Shown here: piece after piece, positions 56,587-64,000 of the stretch | Numbering within the stretch: the first letter of the stretch is position 1 | Layout: each line of letters starts with the position of its first letter | Virus record (IMG/VR): IMGVR_UViG_3300049489_000400 | Location: 1 to 64,000 of that record | Length of the DNA: 64,000 nt | DNA from: a virus | Direction: 5' to 3' (one strand) | The notes under the pieces: model-generated | What the model was told of the DNA's origin: nothing | Seen by the model: only the letters and a program-made list of their open reading frames with translations | Database searches by the model: none | Program-made: the position numbers and the translations under genes

Positions 56587-58314
56587 TTAATTTATATCTA
56601 GTAATACCTGCCTATCATTAATTTTAGGGGTCAAACTGTACTGTGTCAATCTGTTTTGATATGGTATCAAAAAGTCTTCTATGAAATTTTGAATCTCCCA
56701 ATCAGCCATTCCGTTTGAATTATTTCTGAACCAATTTAAAATAAATCCGCTACCTTGTAAAAATTGTGGATTTTTAATATGTGGCTCTAAACCGCTTGTC
56801 AAAGGTCTTGAATTTTTACCTCTTACAAGTGGTCTCATTTTGAAGTCATGAATTTTATAGACATCATTTGAATCATTAGAATCTAAATATAAAGATATTT
56901 TTATTTTTTCGACATCTTCATTAGAATTAAATCTCAAATTTATACCTTGATTTACATTCAATTTTCGCTCTGGTCCAGTTATAGGCTGACTATCAGCAGC
57001 ATATATTATCGCTCTTACAAAATACCATTCATTTTCTATTTTAGTTATAGATTGAGTATTATCTAACAAGAATGTATTTTCTGTAAGTAAGTTGTCTATT
57101 CTTTGGAATGACAAAGGCTTATATATGTTGTTTCTGTTATAACCTGTTACTCCAAATCGGATAGTTCCAGAAGTTCCTATATTCCTTTTTATTAAAAAAG
57201 TTATCTCGTAATCAATTTCTTTGTCTACGATTATTAACTGTTCTGGTAAAGTTATTGTCTCTGGATTATCTAAGTCAAATCCGAATCCTTGCAATCCTGC
57301 TCCACCTATTAACCCAGCTACAAATTTAGTTCCTTCATTAGTTATGAAGACATTATCTTCATTTATCAAATCATATTTAGAAAGATCAACAAAATCTTTT
57401 GTATTCTCTTCTGTTTTATTAATTTGAGTTGAAAAATAAGTCCCATTATACATAGGTGAAGATTGTCCGATACACCAACCGTGTTTATGTTTTTCTACAA
57501 CATCTACAAGAAATTCGTCATAGTGGTTTTTACAAATTAATCTTAACCATTCACCTCTAATCGGAACTTTAGAACCATTCAACAGATTTGAACCTTTCTC
57601 TTTGTAAATCATTTGAGTACCTCTCTTACGAATTTCGTCATAGAAATTGTTAGCTAGGAATTGTAAATCCATGAATGGTATTTGGTCTTCACAAAAAGCA
57701 ATATTTCTCTGCTTCATATACTCTATCAAATATTTCCTTTTGTAAAGTATAGTATCAAATTCATGCATGAATGCAGAAATATAAGCAAGAAAGAAACAAA
57801 CTGCTGACCATAAAGATACGAAATCAGTATCATCCACTCCTTCACCTCTTTCTATGAATTCTGGAAGTATCCCTGATTTGTAAATCTTCTTTAGAAGGTT
57901 ATTTGCAGTCGCTGAAGTTAATGCATCATTACAAACCAAATCCTCAAATATGCTTTCAAGACTTACCGTATTATTGCATATTTGTATGATTATATTACCT
58001 ATGAGTTGTAATCCTTGAAATTCTAGTATCCCAGTACCATCTGAACCTAATCTCTGGTATTTGAATTCAAAGAATATTAAACCAGGAACATTTCCTGTTA
58101 TATTAGATAGATTAGCATTTGTTAGAGACATCCAAGAACTGTAGTTCACCCCGTCAGTTGAGTATCTAAAACTTTTTGTAAAATATCTATTTGGAGTCTC
58201 ACCTTGAATTGTATCTACAAAACTTGTTATAGTTACATTCCCTGCAACTGCTCCTTGGGAGTATATAAATAAAACATCCCCAATTTCCGATACTGTATTT
58301 CCTACAACTGCCAT
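56587..58314 (-). CDS. Baseplate protein
   Basis: 'LPEFI...EIRKRGT' wedge-like block; follows baseplate J. Confidence 0.6.
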   Translation of the reverse strand: MAVVGNTVSEIGDVLFIYSQGAVAGNVTITSFVDTIQGETPNRYFTKSFRYSTDGVNYSSWMSLTNANLSNITGNVPGLIFFEFKYQRLGSDGTGILEFQGLQLIGNIIIQICNNTVSLESIFEDLVCNDALTSATANNLLKKIYKSGILPEFIERGEGVDDTDFVSLWSAVCFFLAYISAFMHEFDTILYKRKYLIEYMKQRNIAFCEDQIPFMDLQFLANNFYDEIRKRGTQMIYKEKGSNLLNGSKVPIRGEWLRLICKNHYDEFLVDVVEKHKHGWCIGQSSPMYNGTYFSTQINKTEENTKDFVDLSKYDLINEDNVFITNEGTKFVAGLIGGAGLQGFGFDLDNPETITLPEQLIIVDKEIDYEITFLIKRNIGTSGTIRFGVTGYNRNNIYKPLSFQRIDNLLTENTFLLDNTQSITKIENEWYFVRAIIYAADSQPITGPERKLNVNQGINLRFNSNEDVEKIKISLYLDSNDSNDVYKIHDFKMRPLVRGKNSRPLTSGLEPHIKNPQFLQGSGFILNWFRNNSNGMADWEIQNFIEDFLIPYQNRLTQYSLTPKINDRQVLLDIN

Positions 58315-58658
58315 TATTCGTAATTAAAATTCAATTGTGCAATATCATCTATGAAAAATTTCTCTGCTTCTTCATCGCTGACTATCAATTCACCAGTCAC
58401 ATCAACTTCTAGTATTATATCAATATCTTGATTTACAAGTAATTCATTTTCAATACCTTCAGTTCCATTTTTCAATTTTCTTCTTTCTAACAACTCAACT
58501 TCCTCAGTCGGTGCGTCTTTGAAAGTTACTAATTCAGAATCAACATTTACTACCTTATCATCGAAATTAACGGACATGGTGAAGGAACCATTATCGCTAG
58601 ATAAACTGGTAAGATTATCAACCTGACTTTTAGTTCTTGTATTTAATACCTTATCCAT
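58314..58658 (-). CDS. Hypothetical structural protein
   Basis: ORF track; context. Confidence 0.55.
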   Translation of the reverse strand: MDKVLNTRTKSQVDNLTSLSSDNGSFTMSVNFDDKVVNVDSELVTFKDAPTEEVELLERRKLKNGTEGIENELLVNQDIDIILEVDVTGELIVSDEEAEKFFIDDIAQLNFNYE

Positions 58659-58659
58659 A

Positions 58660-59856
58660 TTACAAAGACTTTAAAACTGTAATCTGATAAGCGAAATCAG
58701 ACTCAGCTGGGTAATATACTGGGTTCAGTGTTCCTGAAACATTTTCAAGAATATTGCCATTTATATTCATCATAAGGAAACCTCTGAATCTCGGCAAATA
58801 ACCTCTCGGTATTGTGAAATTAGTATTTGGATAAAAATAGTTATCTAATACAAGATTTACTCCTGGTACAGATTTAACAGCGTTGATTAAATCAATCCAT
58901 TCGATTACAGTATCTTGCTTCCAGAATCTCCAATCAACTACCTTACTTAAAGCTATTTGACACTGTTTTCTTATTTCATCTGTAGAGTACGAATTATCTA
59001 TATCAACTCTACAGCTAACATCTATTACAAAATAAGGAACATTCTTTATTTTTATTCCATAATTTTGAAGACCATCTGGCTTCAATTCACATAAACTCAA
59101 ATATTGTTCTGCTTTAACTAAAAAGTCAGCAAGTTCTGCATTCGTAAAATCCACTCCGTTTACAGAAGCAACTCCTATGCATAAATCACCAACATTGTCC
59201 AAGCCTTGATTAAATACTCTTAAAACATTTGAATTGAATTTTCTGAATATCTGTTCCAAATATGAAATAGTAGTTCTTGCCAGTACATTTATCTCATCTT
59301 TTATTCTCATTCTGAATAAATCGTCGTCTTCAAAATCACGACCTCCAGTCATAGAAAATTCATTTATGACATATTCGTGTCCAGAAGGAACTGGAGTAAC
59401 AGAATTAACAGTGAGAGCATCCACATTTGTACTCACGCCAGTGTTTTGACTAGAAACCTTAACATAAGTATAGCCTTCAGCTGGTATAATTGCTATCTCT
59501 ACTACATCAAATTTTTGACCGCTTCCTGAAAAATAATTCGTTCCTGGAGTATAAGTTGTGCCTGGTGTTCCTACCACTCTAACAAAACCGCTGCTTTTTA
59601 ATGCGCCTTGTCTTGGAGCAACACCTTTAAGTTCTGCGATGGTATCCAAGTATTGACCAGTCGCTGAATCTGGGAATAGATGAGCTTCAATAACAGCTAC
59701 ATCCTTTAGAGTTTTTTGTGCTAATTTTGCTGCTCCGTAAGCAATCCCATTAACAACCGACCCAGGTGATACTTTAGTTATCTTGTCGGTTTGATTGAGT
59801 AATGTTTCAGAAAAAATCTGCTTTAACTCTTCTACCGTTGTTATCTTTGTAATCAT
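58660..59856 (-). CDS. Baseplate J-like wedge protein
   Basis: 'SATGQYLDTIA...GVAPR', 'GGRDFEDDDLFRMRI', 'VPGV'. Confidence 0.88.
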   Translation of the reverse strand: MITKITTVEELKQIFSETLLNQTDKITKVSPGSVVNGIAYGAAKLAQKTLKDVAVIEAHLFPDSATGQYLDTIAELKGVAPRQGALKSSGFVRVVGTPGTTYTPGTNYFSGSGQKFDVVEIAIIPAEGYTYVKVSSQNTGVSTNVDALTVNSVTPVPSGHEYVINEFSMTGGRDFEDDDLFRMRIKDEINVLARTTISYLEQIFRKFNSNVLRVFNQGLDNVGDLCIGVASVNGVDFTNAELADFLVKAEQYLSLCELKPDGLQNYGIKIKNVPYFVIDVSCRVDIDNSYSTDEIRKQCQIALSKVVDWRFWKQDTVIEWIDLINAVKSVPGVNLVLDNYFYPNTNFTIPRGYLPRFRGFLMMNINGNILENVSGTLNPVYYPAESDFAYQITVLKSL

Positions 59857-60785
59857 ATAACAGCTGTTTTAATGATCAATAAATTAAATTTTGTATTAAC
59901 TTCAAAGTCCACAAACAGGTCTCCATTATCATGAGACAATGCTGTTACTTTAAAATCTTTAAATAAGTCATCCGAACCAAATGATTTTGTCATTTCTCTA
60001 ACAATAGAAGGGTAATTCAATTGCGAATAATTTGAACCCTTGTAAATAGAACCATTCAATCCAAGACTAGGAAATTCAGGAATATCACCCTTTTCTAATT
60101 GAGACAGTATATCGACACTTTGATATACAGTTTCTTTATAACCAAGTACAACCAAGTCCTCCTCAGTTGTGTCGAAAGTTAAGAGTTTTTTCAAATCCTT
60201 ACCATATATTCTTTCTCCAATAGTATTATCTATCATAGAAGTAACAAGATTGTTTTGGAATGAATCGTTTCTTAACTCCAAATCTGTACCACCGTCAATG
60301 TCCCAATCGACTTCTCTCAAATCATTATCTAATGCTATATTTTGACCTGAATTTTGAAAATTAACATCTTTCAATACATTTCTAGCTACGTCTTCCATAG
60401 TCTCATTTGCAGACATCTGATATTGGAAGACAAAACCTCTACTTGTTTTTCCTTTTACGATGCTTGATCTCAGATATTTAGAAAGTTTCTGAGTTCTTTG
60501 TAATGATGTTTTAAGAACTTCAGCCATATCTAGTAAATCCCAAAAATCAGCTGTAGTCATCAAATTCTTTTTCTCTTTAAAAATAGAAGTCAATCTGATA
60601 GATTCTCTTTCAAGATTGTCTAATCCTACAAAATATTTTTTATCTATAAATTTCAAATCACCATTATAGAATTTTTCAATCTGTGGATACCCTACTTCAA
60701 AAAATCTTTTTGTAGCATAAAAAAAGTTGGTTATATCATAACCACTAATTTTATTAAATTTTTCTATTGTAGCTAAATCTGCCAT
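59853..60785 (-). CDS. Baseplate wedge protein (LysM-like + gp25-like)
   Basis: 'ETMEDVARNVL...IALDNDL', 'YGKDL', 'KGDIPEFPSLG'. Confidence 0.6.
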   Translation of the reverse strand: MADLATIEKFNKISGYDITNFFYATKRFFEVGYPQIEKFYNGDLKFIDKKYFVGLDNLERESIRLTSIFKEKKNLMTTADFWDLLDMAEVLKTSLQRTQKLSKYLRSSIVKGKTSRGFVFQYQMSANETMEDVARNVLKDVNFQNSGQNIALDNDLREVDWDIDGGTDLELRNDSFQNNLVTSMIDNTIGERIYGKDLKKLLTFDTTEEDLVVLGYKETVYQSVDILSQLEKGDIPEFPSLGLNGSIYKGSNYSQLNYPSIVREMTKSFGSDDLFKDFKVTALSHDNGDLFVDFEVNTKFNLLIIKTAVI

Positions 60786-60786
60786 A

Positions 60787-61527
60787 TTAAAAAAGAATCA
60801 TATCATTAAGTAATTGCGCCTTAGTTCTGAATACACCGCCAGCAGTCAAATTATCAAAAACTGTATTTGCTTGCTTATTCAACTTAGCATTAGTAAGTAG
60901 ATTTTTAAGTGATTTTTCGCTATCGAATCCTTGCAATTGTCTCACATCTCCTAATGCACGAATATCTAAACTGTAATTCCACATAGTGTTATTTTCCATG
61001 CTCTGATTGAACTGAAAATTCATAACTTCTATAATGAATTGCTGATTAAAAGTAAGATTGTACAAAATCAAGAATTTATGATTGGTAGAACCTTTAGTAT
61101 TTGATTCTGCAACCTCCTGACTTTGTAATATCATATCTTCTAACAGCTTAGTCGTTCCATAACCTGTCTTTACATTTAAATCATAATCTTTCAATCTTTT
61201 GTCACTTTCCTCTTTGTGAATCAAAAGTCTGAACTTCCTCCCGAAAGTTCCTTGAATTGAAAGATTATATGCTTGAAATGCATCTGTGTACTGAGTAAAG
61301 TATGCGTGTCCAGTCTTCTTTATATTCAATGGTGAAGTTCTTGAAATAGCAATAGCTGTAGGCATAACAGGGAAATGCATTATTTTCAGAGTGTTGAATT
61401 GACTATCAACTAACTCTAATGACATAGCATAATATTCAAAATCATTAGGATTTTTTGCATGTAGTGCTACCCTCCCCTCAGTTACGGCAAGTTCAGTCAC
61501 TTTCCTTCTTACAGATTCTACAGACAT
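60787..61527 (-). CDS. Tail tube initiator/baseplate organiser-like protein
   Basis: 'FPVMP...SIQGTFG...WNYSL'; context. Confidence 0.55.
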   Translation of the reverse strand: MSVESVRRKVTELAVTEGRVALHAKNPNDFEYYAMSLELVDSQFNTLKIMHFPVMPTAIAISRTSPLNIKKTGHAYFTQYTDAFQAYNLSIQGTFGRKFRLLIHKEESDKRLKDYDLNVKTGYGTTKLLEDMILQSQEVAESNTKGSTNHKFLILYNLTFNQQFIIEVMNFQFNQSMENNTMWNYSLDIRALGDVRQLQGFDSEKSLKNLLTNAKLNKQANTVFDNLTAGGVFRTKAQLLNDMILF

Positions 61528-61528
61528 T

Positions 61529-61987
61529 TTAATTCCAATTAGTTACTATACCACTTGAATTATTAATAGCTGTACCTGTCCTGAACCAAACATCTATAAT
61601 AGAAGATAACAAATCAGCTACTTCCTCGCTAGAACCACCAGATAATCCTAAAGAAAAGGCTGGAGTTAATACTACACTCGATGGTGGAATTACGCCAGTA
61701 AATGTAGGTTGCATTCCTGAAGCAAGCACTGTTGCATAAGATATTAACCCATTAACAAATCCTTGTTCTCCTAAAGTGGGAACGGTATTGAGATGAGCTT
61801 GTAATGATATAGTTGCTGCTTGAGAAGTTGAAGATAATGGAATAACAGAAGATGCATACGAATTTATAGCATTAGCCCATCTAACAGATGCTTCTGATAA
61901 CGAACTAGGGAAACCTTCATGTATTGGACTTTTTGCATCTATAATTTTCGTTATTTCATTTTTTAGATTTTGCTTCAATAACGGCAT
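61529..61987 (-). CDS. Baseplate-associated protein
   Basis: Follows the spike gene; 'WANAINSY' helical pattern. Confidence 0.5.
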   Translation of the reverse strand: MPLLKQNLKNEITKIIDAKSPIHEGFPSSLSEASVRWANAINSYASSVIPLSSTSQAATISLQAHLNTVPTLGEQGFVNGLISYATVLASGMQPTFTGVIPPSSVVLTPAFSLGLSGGSSEEVADLLSSIIDVWFRTGTAINNSSGIVTNWN

Positions 61988-61988
61988 A

Positions 61989-62924
61989 TCAATCTGTATT
62001 AGTTAATTTTGACAAGAAGTTATCAAACTGTTCTTTAACAGCAGTAAATTCACTAATATTTATAGGTGTTCCACTTGGACCAAATGCTGTAGGTACGGTT
62101 AATTTAGAAATAGCATCTACGATAGAATCTAAATGAGATTTCAATGTACTACCTAAAACAACTGGTTCTTTGCCTTCTCCAAATTTTATAACACTGGAAT
62201 CGTCTGCTTTGATTTGTATTTGGGATTTGTTTATCAATATCTTATTATTGAATTCGTCTTCATATAAGAATCTATCAATAGTTTCATCACTATTTCCATT
62301 CAAAACTGTTCTCACTGAAACTGTTCCGTCAGTTTTACAAGCTGCTGTTTCTATGGTTTTATCGGAAATACTAACTATTCTGCCAGAAGCATTAACTAAT
62401 ACATCTCCATTTACTTTCAGTTTAAACTTAGAATTATTGTTCCTTGAGTTTAATATGATTTCAATCTCACCTTGAGTATCTTTATCCAGACCACTAGCAG
62501 TAATGGTAATTTTACCAGACTTACCATCTAAATCTAGGTCAACCATATTACCATTCATCCCTCTAGTAATACGAACTCTTTGCTCACTTAAAGAATGATA
62601 TTCATCTTCATATTTCAAACAAGCTATAATTACTGGTTCGTTATGCTTAGGAATATTAACCCAAACAACTGGCGTACCTTGCTGTCCTGGTCTATCTGGG
62701 AATTTCAATCTCTGCAAAACTTCTCTATCTACAAGTACGTTATGAAAATCTCCATACCCATAACCCCCATTCATAGAAATTCTACCGCTTCTGTAAACGT
62801 CTTCTTTGTATACATCTATATCAACATTTTTAGGTACAATTATATACCCAACCCCTGCTGATAAATTACCACTCGGCAATCCCTTTATTCCTAAATTTTC
62901 TGCTTCTTCCATATCAACATTCAT
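61989..62924 (-). CDS. Baseplate central spike (gpV/gp5-like)
   Basis: N-terminal OB-like region, beta-helix repeats, 'EPVVLG...TVPTAFGPSGTPIN...LS' end. Confidence 0.7.
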   Translation of the reverse strand: MNVDMEEAENLGIKGLPSGNLSAGVGYIIVPKNVDIDVYKEDVYRSGRISMNGGYGYGDFHNVLVDREVLQRLKFPDRPGQQGTPVVWVNIPKHNEPVIIACLKYEDEYHSLSEQRVRITRGMNGNMVDLDLDGKSGKITITASGLDKDTQGEIEIILNSRNNNSKFKLKVNGDVLVNASGRIVSISDKTIETAACKTDGTVSVRTVLNGNSDETIDRFLYEDEFNNKILINKSQIQIKADDSSVIKFGEGKEPVVLGSTLKSHLDSIVDAISKLTVPTAFGPSGTPINISEFTAVKEQFDNFLSKLTNTD

Positions 62925-64000
62925 TTTGTTGTTTTCTTCTTAAAAAGAATTGAAAAACAGGGTCATTAACTTTCCAACCAATACCTTCTTGCGGAACTGA
63001 TTTTTTCTTAGTAACATTATGTTCCTTAACTACAAATTCAGCGAATCTTTCTAATGCTTTGATTTTTAATTTGTCTTTGTTGTCAGTTCTTGCTATTTCT
63101 TCCTTACTTGGAACTTTCTCATTTGTCATCAAACCATCTGGATCATACTTCGTAAGTTTTGAACCTCTTATAGATATTTTCTTATCCAATTGTTCCCTAG
63201 TAAGAGTATTGAATATTTGTAAATGTCTTTCTATTACAGCTTTCTTTAAAGTTTTGGCTCTGTTTATAGCTAAAATAGGTGTTTTACCTCCTTTGTCAGA
63301 ATCTACGTAACCGACACATTCAAAAGGTGCATTTGGATATTCATTTATCAAAGATGCAGCTTTGTCTATATTTATAACATTAGATTCATACAATTGTTGT
63401 CTAAGACCAGGAAAATCTCTAATCTGTCTCTCCATTTTCTTGTCCATTGTATCTTTAGAAGGTGGCCAAGATTCTTTTGGAATTATCAAGTAGCTTCTAT
63501 CGTTATCGAAATAAACCTGAACTGATTTCTTAGATACTTTTTCTGGGTAATCTACCACTTTCGGTGGCGGGTCAGAATAAAGTATTAGATTCCAATAACT
63601 ATTTGTGCTAGCATCTTCAGGAGCACTCATATATTTCATAACCATCCCTCTACTAACTCTTAGAGTTGTTAGAAAATTTGGACCATTATCAGTCATTTGA
63701 TAAGAATGAGAAACTGAATCTACATAAAATTCTTCACCAGTAGGTAAGTATTGTATTTTCTGACCTCTTCTATGTCTGTAATCGCCTTTTATGGTTATAG
63801 TTCCTTGTCTAGTGAAGGGTAAATAAACATTTGATTCAACCATATACCTTAAATCTTCTATGGCTTTTTCTAACATTATTTTTCCGTCACTTATTTTTAT
63901 GAAATTTAAATAGTTAGAAACTACTGATAAAGGTTTTGAGCCCCAAACTTCGGCATATTCTTCAAAAAATACAGCAGCAACATGTTGAAATATCAAATCT
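62914..64000 (-). CDS. Baseplate hub protein (5' end outside window) with inserted OmpA-like domain
   Basis: 'GTITIKGDYRHRRG...FYVDSVSHSY...TTLRVSRG' hub C-terminus, then an OmpA-like pattern. Confidence 0.7.
   Translation of the reverse strand, partial: DLIFQHVAAVFFEEYAEVWGSKPLSVVSNYLNFIKISDGKIMLEKAIEDLRYMVESNVYLPFTRQGTITIKGDYRHRRGQKIQYLPTGEEFYVDSVSHSYQMTDNGPNFLTTLRVSRGMVMKYMSAPEDASTNSYWNLILYSDPPPKVVDYPEKVSKKSVQVYFDNDRSYLIIPKESWPPSKDTMDKKMERQIRDFPGLRQQLYESNVINIDKAASLINEYPNAPFECVGYVDSDKGGKTPILAINRAKTLKKAVIERHLQIFNTLTREQLDKKISIRGSKLTKYDPDGLMTNEKVPSKEEIARTDNKDKLKIKALERFAEFVVKEHNVTKKKSVPQEGIGWKVNDPVFQFFLRRKQQNEC

Noticed and set aside
1-64000. Genome-wide TAG reassignment
   Set aside because: Long conserved genes are intact in code 11, and TAG ends tightly packed genes (for example 9159, 13885, 36273); only one internal amber was found
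1-64000. Prophage or host chromosomal segment (dnaE, recA, rnhA, rmlC, acpP present)
   Set aside because: These genes are divergent and embedded in single-strand, tightly packed phage modules; no integrase or host operon structure is present

Overview
This window is 64 kb from a large, AT-rich (roughly 30-33% GC by eye) tailed phage with a contractile tail, most likely infecting Bacteroidota (Flavobacteriia-like). The host inference rests on six TTTG/ATTG-N19-(T/G)WnnTT(A/C)G promoters that match the Bacteroidota -33/-7 architecture, on A-rich translation starts without Shine-Dalgarno motifs, and on a Bacteroidota-type lipoprotein. Essentially all genes are on the minus strand. In transcription order (right to left) the modules are: (1) baseplate/tail module, 64-52.8 kb; (2) a structured 345-bp intergenic region; (3) replication/recombination module with SF2 helicase, DnaB, primase, a sigma-like factor, a thymidylate-synthase-family enzyme, DnaE, an HD nucleotidase, UvsY-like, SSB, RecA, SbcCD, RuvC-like, a second sigma-like factor, UvrD, RNase H and RmlC; (4) a long accessory region with ACP, DnaJ, DenV-like glycosylase, a lipoprotein, an atypical tRNA, a macro domain and dUTPase; (5) DEDDh exonuclease, TerL, putative head-internal proteins, a collagen fibre, an AAA ATPase and a partial glucosaminidase lysin. 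The most notable candidates are: a dUMP-hydroxymethylase-like/DnaE/HD-nucleotidase thymine-replacement cluster with apparent CCGG avoidance; two classes of promoter-like motif alongside two phage sigma-like factors; two proteins sharing block-charged disordered tracts that are identical at the DNA level; a non-canonical tRNA; repeated [LIM]-x-K-[SAG] putative maturation sites; and an OmpA-like domain inside the baseplate hub. All calls come from motif recognition by eye; no searches were run.
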